This document shows positions 1 through 12,085 of a stretch of DNA of 64,000 bases, one piece after another. Source of the stretch: Felis catus (taxonomy: Eukaryota). Below the pieces are notes generated by a model. It saw only the letters and a program-made list of their open reading frames with translations. It did no database searches and was not told the origin of the DNA. Every line of letters starts with the position of its first letter. Position 1 is the first letter of the stretch. Made by a program: the position numbers and the translations under genes. Location of the stretch: the NCBI RefSeq assembly GCF_018350175.1, contig NC_058368.1, positions 215,080,001 to 215,144,000 of the forward strand, in the 5' to 3' direction.

Positions 1-829
1 TATTTGATTTGCAAAGTGCAGACAATGCCTATGGAATTCAGAATATATTAGAAATCCCATGGGGAAAATGTGGCAAATTTCTATTTTAATCAAGAGAATG
101 CAAATACTGTTTCACACTGTCACATGGGTAAAGTTAGAACCTCTAAAAATAGCCACTGTTAAAGTATAAGGATCCTTCTATACTGCTACTAAGAGTATTT
201 TAAGTAATGGGGCTATTTTAAATAGGATACATGTTCTGTAACATGAGTATAAAATTAGAAAATAATTTTATTTATCTGTCATGAAGAAGTCCAAACTCTG
301 GTACCTCTTTGTAACTTGGAAATCTTCAAAGAATTCAAACTGTATTTAATTGTTTTACATTTTGGTGGATCCAAGATGACCCACTATCATTTGTTAGTCA
401 ACAGCAATGAAGAATGTACTGAAAAATCAAGATGAAAAAGGGTACAGAGATGTTTATTATCTAGAGAGAAAATCATATTTAAGAGATAGTTTGTTTATTC
501 ATTGGTGTATTCAGTAAGTACTGAACAACCATTATGTGACAGGCACTGGCCTGGAATCTTTCTTTATATAGCCTTCTATACAGAGAAGTTACCACCACTG
601 GAGCTGGACACATAGATAAAACATTTTCATCATCCATATATCGATAAATCAAGCTACATGTTATGAAATATAATGCCAATGCTATATATAATATCAATGT
701 GCCAGTTACCCACCTGAAAACTTGGAGCAGGGAAATGTTTTATGTTTCGTTTTTTCATAACATCTAATATGGTTCCCAAACCAAAGCAAATAGTTAAATA
801 CATGCTAATGCAATTAATTTATTGGTTTA

Positions 830-1230
830 TATACTTATGCATTCCTCATATACATTTGGAACCTTGACATATTTCAGGTACAATGACAGATTCAAAATAT
901 AATAAGAATATTTGACAAATATTTGTTCCCAAAACACTTCTACATTTTTGTGGGAAAAGACATATAAATAAGTAATTGTAAACGAATAGATTAAATATAA
1001 TGATAAAGCTACATCTAGAAATTTATTGGATCATGAAGGAAGATTGGCTATATGATGCAGTTAAGAAGCTAAGCAAATCTTGGTAGAGAATATGATGCCT
1101 GAACTAAAGATGAAATGGAACTGGTCAAAGACAAAGAAAAAAAAAGGTAGGACATTTTTAGCAGACAGAAGAGCATAAAAATGATTTGAGATTAAAAAGG
1201 ATATTGACTGTAATCAAAATTAAGAATATT
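830..1230 (-). mobile_element. Degenerate LINE-2 (L2) fragment
   Basis: Purine-rich decayed sequence with an L2-like succession of motifs (gatgcctgaactaaagatgaa...ggtaggacatttttagcagacagaagagcat); recognised by eye only. Confidence 0.45.
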
Positions 1231-1868
1231 CAGCATAAATGTTTCCATTTCAACACACTGGTATGCATTTTTTTTTTGGAGAAAAGTGTTAGATTATCAA
1301 ACACTTTTATTTTTGGCCCATGTTATAATTTATTACAGTGCTGAGATTATGAAAGAAGAAAGAGGTGGGGAAGGAGGATAAAGATGAGAGGGTGGCGGGC
1401 AGGAAGAAGATCAGGGCAATGGGTACAAAGATCTTCAGCAACCAGTTGTGGTAATTATGTTATTATAGGAGACTCATTAATGTATCAATTTACTAATTAT
1501 TCTTTCCTTATATTCTTAATATTTTCTCACCTATATTTGATTATAATTTTCAAAAATAAAAAGAAGCAGATGCTAATCATTAGTTCAGACATCTGCTAGT
1601 ACAAAGATATTATGCATTCATGTTTGTTTCTGTTGTAAGAAAGCCTTCATGATGGTCTGCCCTGAGTACTCCACAATGCCCAATAATTGCTCAGCTAAGA
1701 GATTGTTAATGGTGTATTATTTATATATATTATTTATATGTATTAATGGTGTATTATTTATAATGTCTTTTGAAAGCCAGATTTACATGACAGAATTTTA
1801 ATCAACAGGTAAGGCAAATGGTAATTCTGGTCGTGATGTTACAAAAGCAAAGCTATAAGAGGTTTACC

Positions 1869-1942
1869 AAAAAGGAGGAGAAGAAGAAGAAGAAGAAGAA
1901 GAAGAAGAAGAAGAAGAAAAGAAGAAGAAAAGAAAAAGAAAA
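1869..1942. repeat. (GAA)13 microsatellite within a pure polypurine tract
   Basis: Uninterrupted GAA units at 1880-1918, flanked by GGA and GAAAA variants. Confidence 0.97.
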
Positions 1943-2137
1943 CTCTCTGTGTCCCGAGTTATTTTTATAAAAATTTATTTAACTAATAATGTAGGTGACT
2001 TTTGATGATGAAAAAGCACAATGCAGACTACTTAAACTCAAAACCTTTTATTTACTTATGGTTATTTTGTCTGTATTCTTTAATTACTAACCAATATGTA
2101 CAGGTGACTTTTTCTGATAACCCCATGCCTCCAGACC

Positions 2138-2168
<31 letters not shown>

Positions 2169-3035
2169 TTTCATGTGGAGTCTAATGTTTTATCTGTTAT
2201 TCACATTTTTCATTTTATCCACCTTTACCCCTGAGAAGGTGTTTTCTTCATGTGTTGCTGCTGGATCCTATCCGTTGTGTTTCATGCCTTGATACTATGA
2301 ACACATGTAAAGTACAAACGTCTCAGTCTTTATGGGCAATATCTGCCTCCTCTAACTTCTCAACGAACGTAAAAGGATGTTTGTTGGCTCCAGTTATTAT
2401 GATTCCGGCTGATTATGTGTTGATGGCAAGTACATTTTTATCACTTCATCTGAATAATTGAACTAATAAATTCAAAGAGAAAAGTATTGTTTATTGACAT
2501 ATCTAGGGAAAATACCACATATTGTGTGGATAATTTGTTCTTAATTTAGAAACTCTGCAAATGAAAACTATCATATATATGCTTATTTATGTTTATGGAA
2601 GTGGAGTTTTAAAAAATGAACTTATTTCCTCATCTAGTATATTTCATAAATTATCCTAATATGTCTTTGTCTCCCTTTTTTAAAAATTTGTGTGGAGGGG
2701 AGGAGTACAAGATGATAAGTTATAGTCAAATTGATTAATAAGGTGATTCAGTTCTCCAACAAATGTTTGTACTCTACTATTAACAAAACTGAAAGATAAA
2801 TTATTTTGTTACTGGTTTCTTTCTTCTAGCTTGGGATTCATTTCTCAATTGCATAGGTTAATAAATTCAAATTAATATACTCTTCAGTGAATCAGGAAAA
2901 AATACTTAAAAGGATACCACATTAGAATAGAACCCTTGATTTTCTATGGGTGATATCTAATTCAATGAATACATTTATTTCCCTAGATGTTTGATTTTAA
3001 AACATGTATTTTATATGATAAGAACAATTAGCATA

Positions 3036-3145
3036 GGGATGTTTGGCTGGCTTGCTTGGGAGAGTATGCAACTCTTGATCTCAAGGTTATAAGTTGGAGC
3101 CCCACATTGGCTATAGAGTTTACTTAAAAATAAAATCTTAATAAA
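3036..3145 (+). mobile_element. Short old-type Can-SINE
   Basis: tRNA-like head (gggatgtttggctggctt...actcttgatctcaaggttataagttggagccccacattgg), A-rich tail, TSD aagaacaattagcata (3020-3035) / aagaataattagtata (3146-3161). Confidence 0.85.
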
Positions 3146-3749
3146 AAGAATAATTAGTATATAATTTAATTTCTATTTTAAAAATTCTAGCATTAAAATT
3201 TTAATTTTTAAAATAATAACAAAAGAAAGAACATGATATGCTATCTTTCCCAATTATATCGTATTTTTTTTTGGTCTTCCAGACCCAATTTAATAAGTTT
3301 GACCAGGATACACAACCTTAATAACCACCACAAACTGATATTTTTAGCACAGTTTTATGAGTGTGTGTGTGTGTGTGTTTGTGTGTATGTAATATAGGGA
3401 TTATTTTACTCTAGGTATCTAACGTTTTTGCTAAGTTTTTAACTTTAAAGTAGATTGAATCACTTATCTCATAATACCCTCATCTCATTTTATATTTTGC
3501 AATGTTGTAACTTGCTCCCTGTGAGAAGTGCATTCATAGAGTTGCAAAAATCTGTCATTTAGTCAAACATATTAAGTTGAACAATTATAATACGTTCAGC
3601 ACACATTTTATATTTTGTCATCTACTTTATAAATACTTTAGTTAGCAGTAGCTAGATACTGAGTGGGATCATTTATGCTGGCCCAGAGTTGTCACAAAAT
3701 TTACAGTTAATTTAAAATTTAGAGTTAAGACATCCAAGTCTCCTTACCT

Positions 3750-3953
3750 CTTTTTAAAATGTTTATTTTTTGAGAGAAAGAGGGCACAAGTGGGGGAGGG
3801 GCAGACAGAGGGAGAGAGAGAGAATCTAAAGCAGGCTCTGTGCTGTCAGCACGGAGCCCAGTGTGGGGCTCAATCTCACAAACTGTGAGATCATGACCTG
3901 AACCAAAATCGAGACTAGGACACTTAACCGACTGAGCCACCCAGGTGCTCCCC
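3750..3953 (-). mobile_element. Can-SINE
   Basis: Reverse complement of the SINEC consensus (tRNA head, CT-rich body, A tail); TSD ccaagtctccttac on both sides. Confidence 0.95.
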
Positions 3954-5641
3954 AAGTCTCCTTACTTCCAAATTCAGAAAGATTCTATCAGTTGAGGCCA
4001 ACCACATTCCTAGGGGTCCTCTAATAATTGGTAAAAGCCACTCTTCCAATATCTGCCCTCATGCCTTCTACTGCACATAACTTGAAAATAAATCTGGGGA
4101 GAAAGCAGAATCACCTTTCAGGGAGTGTAGTGTTTGAAGAGAATGGTACTTCCCAAAAGAATAACTACATGTGGGCTAGAATGACATTTCTTCCCCTGTA
4201 TGGCCACATGCTCACTCAGGAGGAAGGGGTGGAAGAGAGAACTGTGATTACCCAATGAAGCTGAGGACTACCCTTCATGTGTGTGTTCATCGGTGTGAAA
4301 GAGTGGAGACATCCCACAGACAAATGGCCTAGAATAAGAGGGACGACCCACATGGAGAGTACTGTGAGCTTATCGAGTCAGTAAGGAGTCTGCCTTGTGC
4401 CAGTTCCCCCAAGCTGCCTGTGGACTAAGCACTTGGAGCGAGGAAGAAAAGTTGCTATGGAAAAGCAGACCACATGACCCCATCCACTCCAAGTCTCAAG
4501 AGGAACAGGCCTAGCCTTAGCTGGTGGAGAGAAGAGCTCTGAACTGAATAAGAGACTGAGATTTTCATAAAGTCCTAAGTAATAGAAGTGACTTTTTAAT
4601 AATGAAGAATGGCTGAGAAACTGTAGAAGTAAACTGAAATATTGTTAAGGAGTGGACACCCCCAGTGATAAGATGGAGACAGGTTGGGGTGGGGGTGGTG
4701 TTCAATGTATCATAGATGGGACAGTTTTTGAAAGGCAACCAAACTTCTCATTCCGTTTTCCTGAATTGATCTTCAATAAAATAATTACATGCACATATCA
4801 TATTAATTACATTTATACTATTAGTATGATGTCCAGTAAGTGTCATGTTGCCCTTTTGTGGCTGTAGACTCTGCTTATCTCTGTCATTTCACAGACCATG
4901 TATTTACACTATAATCCCAAATGCTAATTTTTAAATCCTATCGTGGTTAGAGGTATTGTTTGTTTTCATATAAATTATCTTAGTAGCAGCATTTTATAAA
5001 GTATTCATAAGAACCTTGAATAATCCTTACCAAAAAAAATCTCTTCTTCCTTGTAGTTAAGCATTTATAGCTTCCTTAACTGTGGAATGGACACAGTGAT
5101 AATAGTTTCCCTCTATCATAGAAAATCTGAGGTAATTAGACATACTCTAACATATTTCTCATCATCATTATTAGTATTATCATTATCTGAGAGAACACTA
5201 ATAGGCCAATAAGAATATGTCTTCTTAGTAGATGTCAAGAAAGCACTCCTTAGAGATAATTGCTGTAGGACTTGTAAAAGATATTTCCTCCATTCTCCAG
5301 CCTGTCTCTGAGGCAGATTCTTCTCCTCAAATATAATCTGGTTCTTTATTTTCTGCAAAATCTGGTCATTGAGATGAGAATTTTGGATCTTGAGGCACGG
5401 CAGATTGTGTAGCCCAGTCTCCTTATTTCATCAGTGTGACATCTAAAGAATCAGGATGGCCTTCATGGTATTTTATAAAAGCTATAGCTCAGGACACAAG
5501 CCAGCCTTTGTCCTCCCATGCATGCATATTCTATTGGTCTTCCTTCTTTTCTAAGCCATTTGAGCTTAAAGACCCATTTAGTACCCAGTAGATCATTCCT
5601 AGAAGACCAGGCACAAAATCCTGACTTTAAAACTTGATATT

Positions 5642-5920
5642 TGTGGAAGTAAATAAAGTACAACCAAATGAGAGAAGCAAAGGCTATTTATTCAGAGCTT
5701 GTCACAGCAAGGTTGTCAGCCACCATTACATGCGTTTTGGCAGAGAATCAAAAGCAGGCAGAGGAGTAGACTGGACACAAGGAAAGGCTTCAGCTGAGCC
5801 CTGATTGTAGGCTGTTGGCATGAAAAAGCTGTAGGCATGATGTTTAAAAGCTGAAGCATAGGAACAAGGTGAAGATATATGATTAGTTAGGATTTTGAGA
5901 AGTCTTTTCGCCAGGTTAGA
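5642..5920 (-). mobile_element. ERV LTR fragment
   Basis: Starts tgtggaagtaaataaa, carries a reverse AATAAA and reverse CCAAT-like motifs (ctgattgtagg, gtgattagtt-like); resembles a Laurasiatherian ERV1-type LTR; family not assigned. Confidence 0.55.
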
Positions 5921-6956
5921 AAGTGTAGAGAATATCATTGAACAATGTATGCAGGAAAGTGATAATCAAGTTTGCATTGTGCCAAAATCACTCTGGTGTG
6001 GTGATGAAGCACGCAATGGGAGGCAGAAAGCCTCCAGAAAGCGGCCCAGGAGTGACCCAGGTATATAATTTGTATTTTATCCACCCCTTCTCCCTTTCTA
6101 AATCATCCAGTTAGAACTGTGAATATATTTACTAAGGTGATAGAATTTAAATAAATGATACAAGTATTACATAATTTAAACTTACTTCGTTATTAAACCA
6201 AGAAGACAATAGATACATCTTAAATGGAAAAAAAGCTTCATATTTTCTGCCCTATCATACTTTTTCCATTTCCATTTTCCCCTTCCTTGTTCTTGTCTAT
6301 TTTGCATCTGTTTTTTTTTAATAAATATATCTCCTCCTGTGTATCTCCTCCTTGAAATCCAGAGGGGCATCACTTTTCCATAAGCCAAAGGAACAAGATC
6401 ATCATTACTTGATGCCCTTAAATAAATGCATTAGTCAAAATGACAACCACATTGGCAATCAATAAAGACATAGAAAAAATGGCTGAAGCAAGTAGTGAGT
6501 TCAGAAAAGCAGTCTAGTTAAACAATTGCTCACCTAACTGAACAAGATTAATAGTGATTGATTTCAAGTATACCTTACAGAGCATATTTGTCTAACTATT
6601 CATCCATTCCTATCTCCTTCCCACCTTTCCCCTTTCTCCCAGTGTCACATTTACTGATGACTTACAGATTTAGTGAAAGAGCTAATTATGAAGTCTTACT
6701 TTCTCAATACAAATTGAAGGTTGGAAATATGTTAATATCAGTGATTTATCTGTATTGAAGAATTTTATACTTTATAAGAATGATATTAATACTTGTTTGT
6801 GCTGAAAATACTATAATTCTATAAATTGTCTATGTGTACATGGTTGAAATTTCTAGAAGAAAATGAAAATGACCCTTCCCTACCATCTCTTCATACCCCA
6901 ATTCAATTCAGTTTTGTGCACATCTAAAAAGCCAACTTTTCTGATAATACCTTTCT

Positions 6957-7173
6957 TTACTTAGTTAAATGTTTTTATTCTTTATTTATTTTTGAGAGAG
7001 AGGTAGAGTATGAGCAGGGGAGGAACAGAGAGAGGGAGATAAAGAATCCAAAGTAGGCTCCAGGTTCTGAGCTGTCAGCACAAAGCCCAACACGGGGCTC
7101 CAACTCACAAACCGCGAGTTCATGACCTGAGCCGAAGTCAGACGCTTAACCAGCTGAGCCCCCCAGGCGCCAC
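6957..7173 (-). mobile_element. Can-SINE (SINEC_Fc-like)
   Basis: Consensus match including ggctccagg(t/c)tctgagctgtcagcac; TSD tct(g/a)ataatacctttct. Confidence 0.95.
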
Positions 7174-7279
7174 TCTAATAATACCTTTCTGATCTTGGTC
7201 ATCCTCTGCCTCTTTCTTTTTCTTTCTTTCTTTCTTTCTTTCTTTTTTTTTACACTTACATTTATTTTCAGAATGAGTT

Positions 7280-7800
7280 ATATATGAGAGGAGAGGGTCA
7301 GTGATGACAGCCAGCTTTTTAGTTTGGGCAACTGAACAAATAAATTTGAGGTTGTTTTCTTGTAGCAAAATCTGATGAAAGCTGACTAATTTGAGTGTGA
7401 CAGACACCATTCTCTCAGATAAATTGCACAGGAAAAGTAAAATATTTCTTACACAGGTATTGAGTTCAGTCACTGCTGTTTTGAGTTTGAGGCACCTATA
7501 AAATGTCTAAGAAGTGTTATGAAATCAACTTGGCTGGAGCTAAAGATGTAAGAGTATCAGAAAATCTTTGGTTCTTGTTTGTGGAAATTGTATACAGAAA
7601 GAAGACAAAGAAGACGAAAGACTGAGCCTGATATTTAAGGTCCCCTAATCAGAAGAAAAGCAAATGGGAAAAACAAACAACGACAACAACTTCACAGGAA
7701 AAAAGAAAATAAAATAACCAAATGGGAATTGATAGATAGAAAGCAAACCAGGATAAAACGGGGCTAAGGGAAGAAAAAGGATATTTCAAGAAATGAGGGA
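7280..7800 (-). mobile_element. Degenerate L2 fragment
   Basis: L2-like motifs (gtcagtgatgacagccagctttttagtttgggcaactg; gagttcagt...tgagtttgagg; gactgagcctg). Confidence 0.5.
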
Positions 7801-9004
7801 GAAACAGCTTTTGTTTTAAGATAAAGAACCAAAACAGTTACCTTCAGTTACAAATTACTATCTTAGGGCAATTCTTACCGACACTTATAGTATAGTCCTG
7901 ACTATTGACCAGGATTTTACAATAAGCCTGAATGTTGTTAGTGGAATTATCCTGCTTGCCCATAAATCTGTTTTTTTTTATTCATTAAATACAACTGTTA
8001 TTATAAAAATACTCTGTGCCTTTGACATACATGACTAGACTCTCTGGTTGTGTGTCAACATGCCATAGAGACAAAACTATTTGCCCTTGAGAAAGACAGG
8101 AGTGACAAATTGGTGTGTGTGTGTGTGTGTGTGTGTGTGTAGTATGTGTGTATGTGTGAATTTAATACCTATGAACATGTTTTACAACATTCACAGAATG
8201 GAACTTATTTACAGTTACATATATAGTTATGGAGAATGTAGGAAGAAGGTAAATTTTGAAATTTTGGGGAGTAAACAACCATGTGAGGAAGAAGAAAATA
8301 TCTATGTATGAGGCTATCTAGGGATAGAAAGATGGAATCAACTTCTATTTAAAAGCTATAATTTTATCCTTATTCATGAAGTTAACTCATATAGGACAAA
8401 ACAGACAGGTTCCTATGGCACCCATAAACACAACATTGTGTGAAACTTTCATTTACATCAGGTTAAAACACAATTTTATATTCCATAGGAAATTAAGGGG
8501 CATCGCAGAATTATTTACCCCATGTTTGCCACACTACATTAATATTTCTGTTAATCTAATTTATAAATCAAAATACTAACCACTTGAAAAAAATATATAT
8601 TGTAGTTTATGTATGCAAAGTGGTTTCTATTTAAATGAGTCATCAGAAGAGAAAGAGTTTTGTTTACCTTGCAGTTTCCATAAATACACTTTTACTTTCC
8701 AAAACCCTGATGTAGAAAACGCCACTGTATTCAAGTTGATCTCTGCTGGCTTAGTGACATTAAGGGAACAAACCAATTTCTGCAGTGACAAGGACAAAAG
8801 AAATAAAGAGTAAAATATATTTATGTGAAAAAAAAACAAAGCAAAACAAAACAAAACCCCAAACTCGTTTTCATTGTTTTTGAGTCAATATGAAATTGCA
8901 AGAATGAACTTGCCGTGTGTTTGGAGAATATCTTTTAATGCTTCTTGCTGCACCAGATAAAATAGAAGAAATAAAAGAGAATAAGGAGAACTATGTAATA
9001 ATGC

Positions 9005-9095
9005 TAGTAGCTTCTCCTGTGACCTTGGGCAAGTGGCTTAACCTTCTGGTGACTCAGCTTTTCCATCTGTAAAACTGAATGGTAATTACCTCATT
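9005..9095 (+). mobile_element. MIR core fragment
   Basis: tgtgaccttgggcaagtggcttaaccttct...ctcagcttttccatctgtaaaa matches the MIR core. Confidence 0.85.
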
Positions 9096-10329
9096 TATTC
9101 TGCACTCAATAGGTTGCAATTTGTATAAGCCTTGTTCAGCATCAAGGACATTTCTTCAAGGCTTCCTTCTTTTCATTGCCTGATGTCTATTTTTCACAAT
9201 TTTAATAACGATTAATGTGATCACTATAACAAAATGGGGAGGGGGGACGCATAATTTATCTACTTTTGCTGAGCAATAGCTCATAGTTAAGCCATATCTT
9301 ATACATTTTCCTGTGGGTAAAAAATGGCAAATGAAAGGCAGGAGCCAAAGACTAGAACAAACTACATTTAAGTAGATAATTACCTACCAGTTATTTCTTA
9401 GTGATTTCTGTATTTTAATTCAGCTCCTAAAATTTGATAAACAACCTCAAATCAGAATCAAAGCCATCCATGGAGGGGACACCATCTGTCGTTCATGCCC
9501 ATTTTTACTGAACTCTTTTTCAGTGTTTATTCATGTGGTCAACTACTTACCTCACTCTTATACTTTGGAAAAATGCAAACAGATGTTCTGTTTTTCTCTT
9601 GCATATCATCAGTTCTGACTAATGATGGTACAGTTCACGTTGGTGAATTTTCCCTGGCCCGCATTATATCTTCCAAATAACTTTGAGTCTCACCAGCTTC
9701 TTGACACCGCTTTTATCATTCAGTAAACACATTGATTACTTGACAAAGAAGACTTCAGCTAAATTGAACATTTTTAAGATCGATTTAGACACTGTCTCAC
9801 TATTAGAAGAGCTAATACAATTTTAAGCACATTTATTTTTCTCACATCTGGGATGCTGGCCTCCAAACGCACTTTAAACCAGTGTATAAAAATCTTCAGT
9901 GATTCTTACAACCCAGAATCCACAGTTATATTACAATTAACATCCATAATCACTAACTCTAGAATTGCATATAAGTAATAGAGGAATGCAATGTTTAGAT
10001 TTAATGCATAATTAAAAACTCTGATAATTGTGGTTGTAAGCTTGTACATCCAAGTATCATAAAGAAGTGCTTAACTAGAAAATATTTTAAAAGGAGAAGG
10101 TGAGGATTAACATACAGCAAAAGTGGTGTTTCAAGTCACAGAAGCTTAGTGTTGCCCAAATCAACTATAAACCAACCTTGAAACATTCTTATTGGACTAA
10201 TAAAATACCATCGTGATACGCATTCCCAATTTTTTTAAATTCACATGTGTGTATTTTTATTATAAAATACTTATTATAATAAAATTTCACAACAAATAAT
10301 GTTATTGATTTCAGTGTGCCTCCTACTGC

Positions 10330-10920
10330 AGCAAACATACACTGTCAAAAGCTTTCTTGAACACATGGTATAAAGAACATCTGTCCATTGTTCTAGTTTT
10401 CCACAAGTCCAGTGTCATCAAATCTTTCACCATGTAATAGACGTCCCCTTTTCTCCAGGTTGCAATAACATTTTCCTTATTGTCTTTAAAACCCTAACCA
10501 GCTCTTCTGGAAGCTTTTCCAGCTTTTGTTTATAGCCCCCTTAAGTCCCATAGCATCTGCCCTCTGTTCCATCCCCAAAGCAATGTCATATGTTGAGGAT
10601 ATCTGGGGAAAACCCCTCTTTTAAGTACTAGATTCTTCTTTGGTTTCCTATTTCTGCATAGCAAACTACCCAGCACTAACTATCCAGCACTAACTGCTTT
10701 AAACAGCAACTTTAAAAATCAGTTATCATGCTTTCCTAGGTCAGGCATTTGGGTAGAGCTTGGGTAGTTAAGTCTTCTGCACCATGTGACATCACATGAG
10801 AACATTCACTTGGCACTTGGGCTCAAATGGAAGATACACGATGTCTTCACTCACATGTCCAGTAGCTTCGGAAGGATGACTGGAAGGCTGGGCTGAGCTG
10901 GAACTGACAGAGGTGCCTGT
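10330..10920 (-). mobile_element. MLT1-type MaLR: partial LTR (~10640-10920) joined to the start of the internal region (~10330-10640)
   Basis: LTR end (tttcctatttctgcatagcaaactaccc...tcactcacatgtcc...ggaaggctgggctgagctgg) abuts the typical LTR-internal junction (cctcttttaagtactagattc). Confidence 0.65.
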
Positions 10921-11303
10921 AGGATTTTGGTGGAAATTGTACAGCTCAGAGACCCAAAGGGAGGATTATGAACTAACAACCTGTGGCTATTCCCTATGGA
11001 CGTGGCAGCAGCGTGCCACGTGACTATGGACGTGGCAGCAGCTAATTCTCTCGTGGCAAGCAGGCATGAGGAAGTAATGCAATAAAATGGAATTATTTGG
11101 AATTGTAGTCAGTTGTAAAGGAAAAACAAGCAAATAAATCTTTGTCACATTTTGGAGGATTTCAAAGAAACGAGGGTGCTAAAGAAGAACAATACCTATC
11201 AACAAATAATTTCTCCAATAAGGTATTAGAGTACAACAAACATGTATTTTTAAAGCAGTTGGTTCTGCCTTAGTGTCAAGAGAAGTTAGATCTGAGTCAA
11301 TCA

Positions 11304-11700
11304 TGTACCAATTGGGGTTCCAGTAGAAAAAGATGTTATGGCTTCATTAGGATGAATCAACGGATGTTTAATAAAAGGACTGTTTACAAAGGTGTGTGTG
11401 GGGGTGGAGAAATTGCGAGGGGTAATACAATAATCTAGGAATAGGAAGAATAAAGATACAATTACTTTTAATCCCAGAAGTGACAAGGAGAGGAATGGCT
11501 ACAAGAACTTGAGAACTGTAGATCGAGACGCCCTCAGTGGAGTTATACACTGTGTTCAAGAGATACAGTCAGCCCAAGATGTAAACTTGGAGAGTGTCAC
11601 GGAAATATAAAATATAACCATATCCCTCTCTGATTTTCTACTCGGGTTCTTTATTGGCCAAATCCAACTGAAAGCCAGAGACTATGGCCTAATCAATCTG
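11304..11700 (-). mobile_element. ERVL solo LTR, LTR33-like
   Basis: tttaataaaaggactgtttacaaaggtgtg and attggccaaatccaactgaaagccagag match the LTR33-type consensus as recalled. Confidence 0.7.
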
Positions 11701-11704
11701 ATCA

Positions 11705-12085
11705 TTAAAATATCAGACAAATCCCAGCTGAGGGACATTCTACCTGAATAATACTGCCCCCACCGAATGTCAAGGTTATCAAAGGAAAAAAAAAAAAAAA
11801 GAAAAAGAAAATGTAGGAGACTATCACAGCCAAGAAGAACCTAAAAAGACATGACAACTAAATGTGATAGGGTATTCTTGGTGGGATCATGAAACAGAAA
11901 AAGGACATTAGGTAAAAAATGGGCAAATGTGCCTCAAGTACGGGTTTGAGTTAAAAAAATGTATCAATATTAGTTTACCAATTGTAAAATATGTACCATA
12001 TCAAAGATATTAAACACTATGGGAAAGTTTCTTTTCCTACATTTTGCAATTTAAGAACTGTTCTAAAGTTAATTAAAAAAAACAA
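11705..12085 (+). mobile_element. Old L1 3' UTR fragment (L1MC/MD-like)
   Basis: cagacaaatcccagctgagggacattctac...gacatgacaactaaatgtga...gaaacagaaaaaggacattagg, ending in an A-rich tail. Confidence 0.75.

Noticed and set aside
1706..1762. 20-bp local duplication ttaatggtgtattatttata (similar small duplications near 10665, 38662 and 39003)
   Set aside because: Ordinary slippage duplications with only two copies and no unique spacer series; not CRISPR-like.
4125..4790. GC-richer segment resembling a solo LTR (tg start, late AATAAA)
   Set aside because: Plausible old LTR, but I could not match a family or TSD, so it is not listed as a feature.
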